Assembly: GCA_034007385.1 (NCBI GenBank)
Contig: JAVEQW010000001.1
Span: forward strand, 38,504 to 102,503
Source: Candidatus Izemoplasmatales bacterium
GTDB lineage: Bacteria; Bacillota_I; Bacilli_A; Izemoplasmatales; Hujiaoplasmataceae
Direction of reading: 5' to 3'
Length of the DNA stretch: 64,000 nucleotides
Part shown: positions 9,930 to 19,885 of the stretch, in pieces
How positions within the stretch are numbered: position 1 is the stretch's first letter
Layout of the letters: each line of letters begins with the position of its first letter
Program-made: the position numbers and the translations under genes
Notes under the pieces: model-generated
The model's database searches: none
Told to the model about the DNA's origin: nothing
What the model saw: the letters and a program-made list of their open reading frames with translations, nothing else

Positions 9930-11375
9930 ATGATTATCTTGTATATTCTCTTAGGAATAATCGGCTTAATTGTTATCTTGCTCTTGATAGCTTTAATCAA
10001 TACGTTTATGGTTAAAGAAAGGGATTTCGGGAATAAGAAAGAACTGGATTATGATTTGAGTGAAGCTTATGGATTGAAGTTTCAAGAGATGATAAAAATC
10101 AAAACAATCTCCTATGATGAAACATTGGATAACTTTGAACCGTTTGTTGCTTTAAAAACGAAGATGAAAGAATTATTTCCTAACGTCTTTAAAGTTATGG
10201 AATTGAAGGAGTTCAAAGGCGAATCTCTGATTCTAAAATGGAAGGGTAAAAAAGATCATAAACCTTTGGTTTTGATGAGTCATATCGATGTTGTTCCAGC
10301 TGTTGACAGTTCTTGGGATTATGAACCATTTAAGGGGGAAATCGTTAACGGTGAGATTTACGGTCGAGGAACTTTAGATACCAAGTCAACTGTGTTTGCT
10401 TTTTATCAAGCTTGTGAGGAACTAATTATTAATGGCTACGTTCCTGAAAATGATGTTTATCTAGCGAGTTCGACAGATGAAGAAACTTCAGGTTTTGGAG
10501 CGAGTTTAACAGTTGAATGGTTAAAGGAAAATAATGTAAAACCATTTCTGGTAGTTGATGAAGGCGGAACGGTTTTAAGTAATTCTTTACCTTCATTAAA
10601 ACGACCTATGGCTGTAGTGGGTATATTGGAAAAGGGCTATGTTGATATCAAATTGACCGCAAAGAGTTTTGGCGGACATTCATCGACGCCTCCAAAAAAC
10701 ACGCCGATTGCAAGACTGTCTAAGTTTGTTTGTGATGTTGAAAAACATTATCCGTTTAAAACAAAAATGATTAAGGAAGTAGAAACTTTGTTTAAAACTG
10801 CAGCACCATCAATGAAAGGTATATATAAGTATTTGTTTACCAACATGTGGCTTTTTAAAGGTTTGCTGACATTTGCATTACCAAAGATTTCTCCTTTCGG
10901 TCGAGCTTTATTGTCGACAACGATTGCCTTTACGATGATGAAGGGATCTGATGCTGAAAATGTGATTCCAGCGGAAGCTTATATGATAGCTAATTTAAGA
11001 ACTCATCCGATTCAAAACGTTGATGAAAGCTTTGCGGTGATTAAAAAATTAGCTAAGAAATATAGCATAGAAGCTGAAATAGTATCAAAACGTGATACTT
11101 CAACTATGGTTGATATAAATGGCGAAGGATATAAGTATTTAGAAGGCATTATCAAGTCATGTTTCCCTGATGCGTTAGTTAGTCCTTATGTGATGCTAGG
11201 CGGTACCGATTGTAGATTCTATAGTGAAGTAACTGATGCTAATCTAAGGTTTTCACCAGTGAGAATGGATAATGAAGAATTAAAGAAAATGCATGGCAAT
11301 AACGAATCGATTAAATTAGATTCATTGGTAGAAGCTACTGACTTCTACAAAGAATTGATAAAAAATAATTTATAA
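9930..11375 (+). CDS. M20-family metallopeptidase with N-terminal TM anchor
   Basis: AAGGAGG RBS. N-terminal hydrophobic helix ILYILLGIIGLIVILLLIALI. M20 metal-site motifs SHIDVVP, GRGTLDTKS and STDEETSG. Confidence 0.8.
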   Translation: MIILYILLGIIGLIVILLLIALINTFMVKERDFGNKKELDYDLSEAYGLKFQEMIKIKTISYDETLDNFEPFVALKTKMKELFPNVFKVMELKEFKGESLILKWKGKKDHKPLVLMSHIDVVPAVDSSWDYEPFKGEIVNGEIYGRGTLDTKSTVFAFYQACEELIINGYVPENDVYLASSTDEETSGFGASLTVEWLKENNVKPFLVVDEGGTVLSNSLPSLKRPMAVVGILEKGYVDIKLTAKSFGGHSSTPPKNTPIARLSKFVCDVEKHYPFKTKMIKEVETLFKTAAPSMKGIYKYLFTNMWLFKGLLTFALPKISPFGRALLSTTIAFTMMKGSDAENVIPAEAYMIANLRTHPIQNVDESFAVIKKLAKKYSIEAEIVSKRDTSTMVDINGEGYKYLEGIIKSCFPDALVSPYVMLGGTDCRFYSEVTDANLRFSPVRMDNEELKKMHGNNESIKLDSLVEATDFYKELIKNNL

Positions 11376-11394
11376 AGGATAGGTAAAGAAAGAG

Positions 11395-12420
11395 ATGATT
11401 TTTCCCAAGGAGGATTTCAATAAGAAATCTTGTAAAGAAGCTAATATAAATAAAGGTTTGATTGTTGATATGTTCAACAAAATTGAAGATGAACTATATA
11501 ACATTCACTCAATGATATTGGTTAAAGATGGTTCAAAGGTATTTGAAGCTTATGCGCATGATTTTGATCCTAGTAGTAAGAATAACGTTTATTCAGTATC
11601 AAAGTCTTTCACATCAGTAGCTATTGGCATTTTAGTTGACATGGGGTTAATTAATCTAGATAATTTTGTATTATTTTATTTTAATGAAGAAGTTAGAGAC
11701 TACTTAAAGGAGTATGAAAAGTTAAGAGTTAAACATTTATTGACGATGACTGTTGGTCAAGAAAAGGATTTGTTTGCGGAACTTACTCCAAAAGATAATC
11801 CGTTTGAAATCTTTTTCAATACACCTTTAGTCAATGAACCTGGCGGGGTTTTCTTATATAGTAATTTTGCTAGTTTTATTTTATCGGTGATTGTTACTAA
11901 AGTAACTGGTAAATCAATGAATGATTTTTTAAATGAGTACTTATATAAAAAAATCGGGATGGAAAAACCACAATGGGCAAGTATTAAAGACTATACTTTC
12001 GGATGTACAGGATTAGAAATCAACCTCCAGGATATGGCTAGATTTGGCTTGTTGATCTTGAACGATGGAGTTTGGGAAAATGAACAAGTAGTTTCAAAAG
12101 AGTATCTAAAAGAAGCTCTTGATAAACAGATAGCCGAACCTGGAACTCCGTTTTATTATGGTTATCAATTTTGGATTGCCAATAACTATCAAATGGCAGC
12201 GGGAATGTTTAAACAGTATATCATTATTGATAAAAGATATAATATCGTCTTTGCAATGCAATGCTATGAAGAAAGAGATGTATTAGGCTTGTATTTGAAT
12301 TATATCGTTAAAGCTTGTGAAAAAGGTTATGAGTATTCAGAACTCTCAATAAGAGATTTCATAAGAAAATTCCGATATAATTCCATACCTGTAATTGAAA
12401 AGGAAAAGAATGAAAGATAA
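11395..12420 (+). CDS. Serine hydrolase, beta-lactamase/S12 family (class C-like), cytoplasmic
   Basis: SxxK motif (YSVSKSFTS) and YxN motif (LYSNFASF) at spacing typical of AmpC/DD-peptidase-like hydrolases. No signal peptide. Confidence 0.75.
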   Translation: MIFPKEDFNKKSCKEANINKGLIVDMFNKIEDELYNIHSMILVKDGSKVFEAYAHDFDPSSKNNVYSVSKSFTSVAIGILVDMGLINLDNFVLFYFNEEVRDYLKEYEKLRVKHLLTMTVGQEKDLFAELTPKDNPFEIFFNTPLVNEPGGVFLYSNFASFILSVIVTKVTGKSMNDFLNEYLYKKIGMEKPQWASIKDYTFGCTGLEINLQDMARFGLLILNDGVWENEQVVSKEYLKEALDKQIAEPGTPFYYGYQFWIANNYQMAAGMFKQYIIIDKRYNIVFAMQCYEERDVLGLYLNYIVKACEKGYEYSELSIRDFIRKFRYNSIPVIEKEKNER

Positions 12421-12443
12421 GTGGTAAAAACGTACTTCTTAAA

Positions 12444-12476
12444 GGGAAAGTTTATAGACAACTTTCTCTTTTTTTG
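12444..12476 (+). terminator. Rho-independent terminator after the serine hydrolase gene
   Basis: GGGAAAGTT / AACTTTCTC stem (9 bp, one G-U), 7-nt loop, then TTTTTTT. Confidence 0.6.
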
Positions 12477-12483
12477 TTATAAT
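12475..12483 (+). promoter_or_regulatory. Extended -10 promoter element (TGtTATAAT) upstream of cvfB
   Basis: TGTTATAAT sits directly after the terminator T-run and about 30 nt upstream of the cvfB start. Confidence 0.45.
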
Positions 12484-12511
12484 GTTTAGGTAGAATGGAG
12501 TTGGACTTTTT

Positions 12512-13366
12512 TTGAGTATGATCCTAGGAAAAATCAATCGTTTAGAGGTTAAACGAGAAGCCGATATCAGTTATATTTTAACTGATGGTGAGCATGAAAT
12601 ATTTTTACATAAGAAAGAGGCGGAAAGACCTTACGAAATCGGTGAATTAATCGATGTTTTTTTGTATGACGACAACCTTGCAAGAGTCACTGCTTCAACA
12701 AAACCTCCATCTCTTACTTTAGGTGAAGCACAACTTTTAGAGGTTGTGTCCACCAATTATAATTATGGGGCTTTTTTGTATTACGGTATGGTCAAAGATT
12801 TATTATTATCAATCGATGATTTGCCCAAGAGCCACCGCTTATGGCCTAAGCCAAAGGATAAGTTGTTCGTAACGATGAAAGAAAAGCATGGAAGGCTTTT
12901 TGCTCATTTGTTGACCCGTCAGGATATGCGAGACAACTATGAATTCACAGAAGATTTGATTATAAAAGAATATTATGACATCTATCATTTAGTTTATTTG
13001 GAAAATGGAATTATTGGATTTACTGAAAACGGAACTGAAGTTTTCATCCATAAGAATAATTACCGTGAATTGCCTAGAATAGGTCAAAAATTAAATGTCA
13101 GGATTCTATCTAAAAATGATAATAATTATACAGGGACAATGATAGCCCAAAAGGAATTGATGTTGGATAAGGACGCCAATATCATTTACCAATTTCTGAT
13201 TGACAACGATGGTGAAATGCCTTATACGGATAAGAGCGACGTCGAAGCAATCTATCACGTATTCAAGATGAGCAAAGGCGCTTTCAAGCGTGGATTGGGT
13301 CATCTGAAAAAGATGGATGTAGTAGAACTATATCCTGAAAAAACTATAATTAAAAAGGTGAAATAA
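12512..13366 (+). CDS. cvfB: S1-like RNA-binding protein, CvfB/YitL family
   Basis: 284 aa. The N-terminus GKINRLEVKREADISYILTDGEHEIFLHKKE is typical of CvfB tandem S1 domains, with a winged-helix-like C-terminus. The start is TTG 12512 or ATG 12518 (ambiguous). Confidence 0.75.
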   Translation: MSMILGKINRLEVKREADISYILTDGEHEIFLHKKEAERPYEIGELIDVFLYDDNLARVTASTKPPSLTLGEAQLLEVVSTNYNYGAFLYYGMVKDLLLSIDDLPKSHRLWPKPKDKLFVTMKEKHGRLFAHLLTRQDMRDNYEFTEDLIIKEYYDIYHLVYLENGIIGFTENGTEVFIHKNNYRELPRIGQKLNVRILSKNDNNYTGTMIAQKELMLDKDANIIYQFLIDNDGEMPYTDKSDVEAIYHVFKMSKGAFKRGLGHLKKMDVVELYPEKTIIKKVK

Positions 13367-13367
13367 A

Positions 13368-14093
13368 ATGGGAAGAGCACATGAAGTAAGAAAAGCGGCT
13401 ATGGAGAAAACAGCTGCTATTAAATCTAAATTATATGCAAAGTTCGGTAAGGAAATCTATATGGCAGCTAAAGCCGGCGGTCCTGATCCTGATAGTAATT
13501 TGAACTTGAAAAGAATTATTGAAAGAGCTAAGCAAAATCAAGTTCCAGCAGATGTTATCAAACGTAACATTGAAAAAACCAAAAGTGGAATCGGAGAAGA
13601 TTATTCACCAGTAAGATATGAAGGTTATGGCCCAGGCGGTTGTACATTGATTGTCGAATGCTTAACCGATAATGTTAACAGAACTTTTGGTGAAGTAAGA
13701 TCATGTTTTACCAAAACCGGTAGTTCTTTAGGAGTTCAAAACTCTGTTACCTATCAATATAAGTATTGTTCATACGTTACATTTAGCGGTTTAACAGAAG
13801 ATGAAGCTTTGGAGACTTTAATGGAGAATGAATGCGAAGTAGAGAGCGTTGAAGTTGATGAAGACGTTATTACAGTAATCGGAGCACCTAGTGACTTGGA
13901 CCATATTTTAGAGAGTCTAAAGAGTTTAGGTAAAGAGTTAGAGTTTTACAGCGATTCAGTAGTATGGTTACCTAATTCATATGTTGATTTAAATGAAGAC
14001 GATATGAAAAAGTTTAAACACTTCTTAGCCATGACAGACCAAATCGATGATGTTCAAGAAGTATATCACAATGTTAATTTAGACGAGGAGTAA
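13368..14093 (+). CDS. YebC/PmpR (TACO1) family protein
   Basis: 241 aa. N-terminal MGRAHEVRKAAMEKTAAIKSKLYAKFGKEI... and NLKRIIERAKQNQVPADVIKRNIEK match YebC-family conservation. Confidence 0.85.
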   Translation: MGRAHEVRKAAMEKTAAIKSKLYAKFGKEIYMAAKAGGPDPDSNLNLKRIIERAKQNQVPADVIKRNIEKTKSGIGEDYSPVRYEGYGPGGCTLIVECLTDNVNRTFGEVRSCFTKTGSSLGVQNSVTYQYKYCSYVTFSGLTEDEALETLMENECEVESVEVDEDVITVIGAPSDLDHILESLKSLGKELEFYSDSVVWLPNSYVDLNEDDMKKFKHFLAMTDQIDDVQEVYHNVNLDEE

Positions 14094-14096
14094 AAA

Positions 14097-14687
14097 ATGA
14101 ATTTACCGAATAAACTGACGATGATAAGAATATTTATAATTCCCTTCATAGTTATAATCTTCTTTTTAAACAAGCAGATTGATAAGGTGTTAGATAATTT
14201 AAGTTTGTATATAATGGGTGTTTTATTCATAGCAGCATCAGTTACCGATTATTTTGACGGTAAGATTGCCAGAGCGAGAAACATAGTAACGACTTTTGGT
14301 AAATTTATTGATCCTTTAGCCGATAAATTATTGGTTACAACCACTTTGATTCTTTTATCGAACTATTATTATGTAAATTTAAATGGACTTTTCATGTGGA
14401 TGCCTTTCTGGGTTGTTTTAATTGTTATTACAAGAGACTTGATTGTAACTTCAATTCGTTTGGTAGCGATAAATGAAGGAACGATTGTAGCGGCAAAATG
14501 GAGCGGTAAAATCAAAACTGCTTTTACAATGCTAACTATCGTTTATTATTTCTTTATCATGCCATTTGGCGGTGACGTAATTAGCATAATCGGTATGATT
14601 ATGACGATTATCTTCGTTATATTGACAATTTATTCGGCAGTTGATTATTTTTTAAAGAATAAAGATATAATTTTTAAAGAAATTTAA
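14097..14687 (+). CDS. pgsA: CDP-diacylglycerol--glycerol-3-phosphate 3-phosphatidyltransferase
   Basis: CDP-alcohol phosphatidyltransferase motif DYFDGKIARARNIVTTFGKFIDPLADK. Multi-TM protein. Conserved position upstream of recA. Confidence 0.85.
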   Translation: MNLPNKLTMIRIFIIPFIVIIFFLNKQIDKVLDNLSLYIMGVLFIAASVTDYFDGKIARARNIVTTFGKFIDPLADKLLVTTTLILLSNYYYVNLNGLFMWMPFWVVLIVITRDLIVTSIRLVAINEGTIVAAKWSGKIKTAFTMLTIVYYFFIMPFGGDVISIIGMIMTIIFVILTIYSAVDYFLKNKDIIFKEI

Positions 14688-14737
14688 AGTAAGCAAAGTA
14701 ATATTCTTACTAGACTTATAAAAGGAGAAGTAATTAT

Positions 14738-15730
14738 ATGGATGACAAACAAAGAGAAAAGAATTTAGAGTTAGCGATAAAAACGATTGAAAAGGAATAT
14801 GGTAAAGGCTCAATCATGATTTTAGGTGAAAACAGGGCTATGGATATTGAGACAATATCTTCAGGTTCGATTTCACTTGATCAAGCTATGGGTGTTTTTG
14901 GTTATCCTAGAGGACGTATCATCGAAATCTATGGTCCTGAGTCTAGTGGAAAAACTACTTTTGCTTTACATGCAATAGCAGAAGCACAAAAGGCAGGCGG
15001 GTATGCAGCTTTTATCGACGCTGAACATGCGCTTGATGCAGTATATGCAAAGAATTTAGGTGTAGATATCGATCAGTTGATTCTTTCTCAGCCTGATACC
15101 GGAGAACAAGCTTTAGAAATTGCTGAAGCATTGATTAGAAGCGGGGCTATTGATATCGTTGTAATCGATAGCGTTGCGGCTTTAGTTCCTGAAGCGGAAA
15201 TTAGAGGCGAGATGGGAGATTCTCATGTCGGGTTGCAAGCAAGACTTATGAGCCAGGCAATGAGAAAACTTTCAGGGGCTTTATCTAAGAGTAAATGTAT
15301 CGCTATCTTTATTAATCAAATCAGAGAAAAAGTAGGGATAATGTTCGGTAATCCGGAAACCACTCCTGGAGGCCGTGCTTTAAAGTTTTATGCTTCCGTC
15401 AGACTAGAAATCAGACGCGGTGAACAAATTAAAGAAGGTACTGATATTACCGGTAATAAAGCTAAGGTTAAAGTTGTTAAGAACAAGGTTGCTGCACCGT
15501 TTAAGACTTGTGAAGTTGATATCGTTTTTGGAAAGGGAATCTCTAAAACTGGAGAAATAGTAGATATTGCTTCAGAGATGGAAATCTTGAAAAAGAGCGG
15601 TGCGTGGTATGCTTACAAGGATTCTAAGGTTGGTCAAGGTAGAGAAAACGTTAAGAAATACTTAGAGGAAAATCCAGAAATTTACGAAGAAATTTATAAT
15701 GCAGTAAAAGAAAAAATGCAAGTTAAATGA
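14738..15730 (+). CDS. recA: Recombinase RecA
   Basis: Walker [10 protein letters not shown], then [23 protein letters not shown] and NQIREKVG. Confidence 0.97.
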   Translation: MDDKQREKNLELAIKTIEKEYGKGSIMILGENRAMDIETISSGSISLDQAMGVFGYPRGRIIEIYGPESSGKTTFALHAIAEAQKAGGYAAFIDAEHALDAVYAKNLGVDIDQLILSQPDTGEQALEIAEALIRSGAIDIVVIDSVAALVPEAEIRGEMGDSHVGLQARLMSQAMRKLSGALSKSKCIAIFINQIREKVGIMFGNPETTPGGRALKFYASVRLEIRRGEQIKEGTDITGNKAKVKVVKNKVAAPFKTCEVDIVFGKGISKTGEIVDIASEMEILKKSGAWYAYKDSKVGQGRENVKKYLEENPEIYEEIYNAVKEKMQVK

Positions 15731-15760
15731 GAAAACCTTTTTGGTTTTCTTTTTATTTTT
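15731..15760 (+). terminator. Rho-independent terminator after recA
   Basis: GAAAACC-TTTTT-GGTTTTC hairpin followed by TTTTTATTTTT. Confidence 0.6.
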
Positions 15761-15797
15761 AAATAAATTTATTTATGAATTATTTAAGAAATATCTT

Positions 15798-15826
15798 TTG
15801 ACTAGATACGTCTTTTAATATATAAT
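15798..15826 (+). promoter_or_regulatory. Sigma-A-type promoter for rny (TTGACT-17-TATAAT)
   Basis: TTGACT at 15798-15803, 17-nt spacer, TATAAT at 15821-15826. Leaves a ~75-nt leader before the rny ATG. Confidence 0.55.
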
Positions 15827-15906
15827 ATAGTAGTAACAAATTTATATTTATGGTTATAATATTTTTCATTTATATAAAAAATTAAATCAGAAAGGAAGTA
15901 TTAATA

Positions 15907-17472
15907 ATGCCAGATGTATGGATTATTATTATTTCCAGTTCATTAGGTTTACTTGTTGGTGGACTACTAGGATTTATCTTGAGAGTTGCAGTAGTGGAAA
16001 AAGGTTTCCAAACTGCAAAAAATAAATCACAGAGTATTATTGACAATGCAATGACGCAAGCGGAACGAATTAAGAAAGAAAAATTGTTAGAAGCAAGACA
16101 AGAGATTCACAATTTAAATTTGGAAAACGATAAAGTTTTAAAAGAAAAGAAGGCTAATGTAGCTGTTCTTGAGAACAAACTTCATCAAAGAGAAGAACTG
16201 TTGGAAAGACGTTCTTCTAATTTAGATAAACGTGAACTCAATTTGGATCGTAAAGAAGAAGTTCTGGACCGAAGAAAAGCCGCTGTTGATGAAAAGAACC
16301 TTGAATTGGAAAACTTAATCAAAGAACAGAATGAAAAGTTATTTGAAATTGCCAACTACACTGTAGAACAGGCTCGCGAAATTATCATGGCTCGCGTAAA
16401 AGAAGACATGATAGCTGATATTGACCGCTTCATAAGAGATGAAGAGGAAAAAGCGAAAAATGAAGCTCAAAAACGCGCTAAAGAAATTATTACCGGTGCT
16501 ATTCAGAAATTAGCACAAGACGTTACAGCCGAAACAACAGTTAGTGTTGTTGCTCTGCCAAACGATGAAATGAAAGGTCGTATTATTGGTAGAGAAGGTC
16601 GTAACATCAGAACGTTAGAAGCAATGACCGGAGTTGATTTGATTATTGATGATACTCCTGAAGCAGTCGTATTATCTGGATTCGATCCGATAAGAAGAGA
16701 AATAGCTAAACGTTCATTAGAAGCTTTGATTCAGGACGGTAGAATCCATCCAGCAAGAATCGAAGAGATTGTTGACAAACAAAGAGTTGAAGTTGACCAA
16801 TTCATTAGAGATAAAGGTGATGAAGCCGTATTTGAAACAGGTATCGGTAGAGTTCATCCTGACTTAACTAAATTAATTGGTAGAATGCATTTTAGATCAT
16901 CTTATGGTCAAAATGCCCTTAAACACTCAATTGAAACCGCATTTTTAGCCGGTAAAATGGCAGTTGAACTTGGTGAAAACGAAGTTTTAGCTAAAAGAGC
17001 CGGATTATTACATGATATCGGTAAATCAGTTGACCATGAAATCGAAGGTTCACATGTGGACATCGGTTTGCAATTAGCTAAGAAGTATCATGAACCTGAA
17101 GCAGTTTTAGATGCAATTTCATCCCATCACGGTGACATAGAAGCTTCAACAGTTATCGGTGTTATCGTCGCTGCCGCTGATGCTTTATCAGCCGCTAGAC
17201 CGGGAGCTAGATCGGAGTCATTAGAAAACTACATTAACCGCTTGACGCAATTAGAAGAAATTTCTTCTCAAGTTGCTGGAGTGGAATCAGCTTTTGCTAT
17301 TCAGGCTGGTAGAGAGGTTAGAGTCATCGTTAAACCAAATGAAATCGATGATGAAAGAGCTCACGTAGTTGCTAGAGAAATCAGAACGCAAATTGAAGAA
17401 AAACTAAGCTACCCAGGAACTATTAAAGTAACGGTAATCCGCGAGACTAGAGCTCAAGATATTGCTAAATAA
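15907..17472 (+). CDS. rny: Ribonuclease Y
   Basis: N-terminal TM helix, long coiled-coil, KH domain ([17 protein letters not shown]) and HD domain ([14 protein letters not shown]). Confidence 0.95.
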   Translation: MPDVWIIIISSSLGLLVGGLLGFILRVAVVEKGFQTAKNKSQSIIDNAMTQAERIKKEKLLEARQEIHNLNLENDKVLKEKKANVAVLENKLHQREELLERRSSNLDKRELNLDRKEEVLDRRKAAVDEKNLELENLIKEQNEKLFEIANYTVEQAREIIMARVKEDMIADIDRFIRDEEEKAKNEAQKRAKEIITGAIQKLAQDVTAETTVSVVALPNDEMKGRIIGREGRNIRTLEAMTGVDLIIDDTPEAVVLSGFDPIRREIAKRSLEALIQDGRIHPARIEEIVDKQRVEVDQFIRDKGDEAVFETGIGRVHPDLTKLIGRMHFRSSYGQNALKHSIETAFLAGKMAVELGENEVLAKRAGLLHDIGKSVDHEIEGSHVDIGLQLAKKYHEPEAVLDAISSHHGDIEASTVIGVIVAAADALSAARPGARSESLENYINRLTQLEEISSQVAGVESAFAIQAGREVRVIVKPNEIDDERAHVVAREIRTQIEEKLSYPGTIKVTVIRETRAQDIAK

Positions 17473-17479
17473 AATTAAG

Positions 17480-17516
17480 CCTTCCTGATAATTTCTATTA
17501 GGAAGGTTATTTTTTA
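17480..17516 (+). terminator. Rho-independent terminator after rny
   Basis: CCTTCCT ... AGGAAGG stem followed by TTATTTTTT. Confidence 0.55.
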
Positions 17517-17532
17517 AAAGGAGTTTTTATAT

Positions 17533-18291
17533 TTGAAGATATTATTTGTAGGAGATGTTTATAACGAGCTTGGTCAAAAAGCTTTTGATAAATATTTCAT
17601 GAATGTTAAGAATGAGTATAAACCAAACTTTATTATCGTCAATGGCGAAAACATTGAAAAAGGTAATGGTTTAAGTGAAAAAACCTATAAAGATTATTTA
17701 ACTCGTGGAGTTAACGTTTTTACTTTAGGAAATCATGCTTTTTCAAGGCCTGATTATAAGGAAGTTTTAGAACTCCCTAACGTTGTTAGACCGGCTAATT
17801 ATGGCAAAGACACACCAGGTAAAGAATACGTTATAATCAACTATAACAGCAAGAAAATCGCTATAATTAACCTTATCGGTAGGATCTTCATGCATGATGC
17901 TACAGATAATCCGTTTACTAAAATGGATGAGTTGTTAAAAGTAATTGAAGCTGATTATATCATCGTTGATTTTCATGCTGAAGCAACTTCAGAAAAGTAT
18001 GCTTTAGCACATTATCTTGATGGTCGAGTTAGTGCGATTATCGGTACTCATACACATGTTCCAACTGCTGATAATATTGTGTTACCTAAGGGTACACTCT
18101 ATATTTCCGACGTAGGAATGACCGGAGCTAAATATGGAATCATTGGCGGAGACGTCACGCAAGGAATCAGAAAGTTTTTATCTGGTGTTCCAGAGAGAGT
18201 CAAACCCCAAAAAGAATCACCATTGCAATTCAATGCTTGTTTCTTGGATTTAGAGAACAAAAGAATTGAACGTATCAATATTTTTGAATGA
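17533..18291 (+). CDS. ymdB: YmdB-type metallophosphoesterase (TIGR00282; 2',3'-cyclic-nucleotide phosphodiesterase)
   Basis: TTG start 8 nt after AAGGAG. Motifs ILFVGDV, VNGEN, LGNH, DFHAEATSEK and GTHTHVPTAD. Conserved position after rny. Confidence 0.85.
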   Translation: MKILFVGDVYNELGQKAFDKYFMNVKNEYKPNFIIVNGENIEKGNGLSEKTYKDYLTRGVNVFTLGNHAFSRPDYKEVLELPNVVRPANYGKDTPGKEYVIINYNSKKIAIINLIGRIFMHDATDNPFTKMDELLKVIEADYIIVDFHAEATSEKYALAHYLDGRVSAIIGTHTHVPTADNIVLPKGTLYISDVGMTGAKYGIIGGDVTQGIRKFLSGVPERVKPQKESPLQFNACFLDLENKRIERINIFE

Positions 18292-18308
18292 TTTGAGGTA
18301 AATATATC

Positions 18309-19736
18309 ATGGATAGAGTAAATAACAGACCGGATTTAAAAAGCGCTCGCAAGCGAACCAAGTCCGAAGTCGAAATAAAAGAATATGCCAATATCAATAA
18401 TATCAAAGATATCGGTAAAGATAAGAGGTATATAATCCAAACTCATGGCTGTCAAGCAAATGAAGCCGATAGTGAAGTTTTAAAAGGATTATTAGAGTCA
18501 CAAGGTTTCACACCAACAGAACATCTAGAGGATTCTGATTTAGTAATCATAAATACCTGTGCAATTCGTGAAAACGCTGAAAACAAGGTTTTTGGGGAAT
18601 TAGGAAGGCTAAAGAGCTATAAGAGAATCAATCCAAATATGATTATCGCTGTAGCTGGTTGCATGCCTCAAGAAGAAGCGGTTGTGGAAAGAATCATCAA
18701 GAAGTATCCGCATGTGGATTTAGTATTTGGAACTCATAACATCGATAAACTGCTTGATTATCTCGACTATGTATTAAAAACCAAAAAACCTTTAATAGAA
18801 GTATATTCTAAAGAAGGAGAAATCATTGAACACTTACCACAAGTAAGGGATAACCGCTTTAAAGCTTGGGTTAATATCATGTTCGGTTGCGATGAGTTTT
18901 GTACATACTGTATAGTTCCTTATACTAGAGGGAAAGAAAGATCGAGAAAGAAAGAATATATTATCGAAGAAGTCAAGGTTTTGATTAAACAAGGATATAA
19001 AGAAATTACGCTTCTAGGACAAAATGTAAACTCTTATGGATTGGATTTTTTAGAAGATAAGTATGACTTTGCGGATCTTTTGGAAGACTTGGCTAAACTT
19101 GATATTCCTAGAATCAAATTCACGACCTCTCATCCTAAAGACTTTTCTAGCAAATTGATTGATGTAATCGCTAAATATGACAATATCATGCCATTTATCC
19201 ATCTACCGGTACAATCAGGTTCAAACACCATTTTAAAAAGAATGAACCGTAAGTATACAAAGGAACAATACCTTGATTTAGTTAATCAAATTTATGAAAA
19301 AATTCCTCATGTTTCTTTGACTACCGATATCATCGTCGGTTTCCCAGGAGAGACTCATGAAGACTATTTAGAAACACTGGATTTAGTTGAAAAATCGCGT
19401 TTTGAGGGAGCTTATACATTCATCTATTCGCCAAGAAAAGGAACTCCTGCAGCTCAATATGAAAATGATATACCAGAAAAAGAAGCTAAAGAGAGATTGT
19501 ATAGGCTGAATGATTTGATTAATGAAGGATTCTTAAGAGGTAACAAGCGTTTCGAAGGTGAAGTAGTTAAAGTATTGGTTGAAGGCTATTCTAAGACCAA
19601 TGAGAAAGTTTTATCTGGATATACTGAGAATAATAAATTGGTAAACTTCATGGGTGACGAGTCGTTAATTGGGAAAATTATCGAAGTAAAAATTGAAAAG
19701 GCTAAAACTTGGTCTTTAGATGGAGTTATTCTATAA
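18309..19736 (+). CDS. miaB: tRNA-2-methylthio-N6-dimethylallyladenosine synthase (radical SAM methylthiotransferase)
   Basis: UPF0004 N-domain cysteines (HGCQANE, NTCAIRE, GCM), radical-SAM CDEFCTYC, and a C-terminal TRAM domain. Confidence 0.9.
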   Translation: MDRVNNRPDLKSARKRTKSEVEIKEYANINNIKDIGKDKRYIIQTHGCQANEADSEVLKGLLESQGFTPTEHLEDSDLVIINTCAIRENAENKVFGELGRLKSYKRINPNMIIAVAGCMPQEEAVVERIIKKYPHVDLVFGTHNIDKLLDYLDYVLKTKKPLIEVYSKEGEIIEHLPQVRDNRFKAWVNIMFGCDEFCTYCIVPYTRGKERSRKKEYIIEEVKVLIKQGYKEITLLGQNVNSYGLDFLEDKYDFADLLEDLAKLDIPRIKFTTSHPKDFSSKLIDVIAKYDNIMPFIHLPVQSGSNTILKRMNRKYTKEQYLDLVNQIYEKIPHVSLTTDIIVGFPGETHEDYLETLDLVEKSRFEGAYTFIYSPRKGTPAAQYENDIPEKEAKERLYRLNDLINEGFLRGNKRFEGEVVKVLVEGYSKTNEKVLSGYTENNKLVNFMGDESLIGKIIEVKIEKAKTWSLDGVIL

Positions 19737-19741
19737 GCAAG

Positions 19742-19776
19742 AAGAGATGAATTGGATTTCATCTCTTTTCTTTTTG
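19742..19776 (+). terminator. Rho-independent terminator after miaB
   Basis: Perfect 10-bp stem AAGAGATGAA / TTCATCTCTT, 6-nt loop, then TTCTTTTT. Confidence 0.7.
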
Positions 19777-19885
19777 ATAAATATTTAAAAAAATAATAGG
19801 AAATCGCTATTTTATTGCTAGGTCACTTGAAATAAAAAATGATTTATAGTAAGATAATATTATCTTATATAAAAAGGGTGATATT

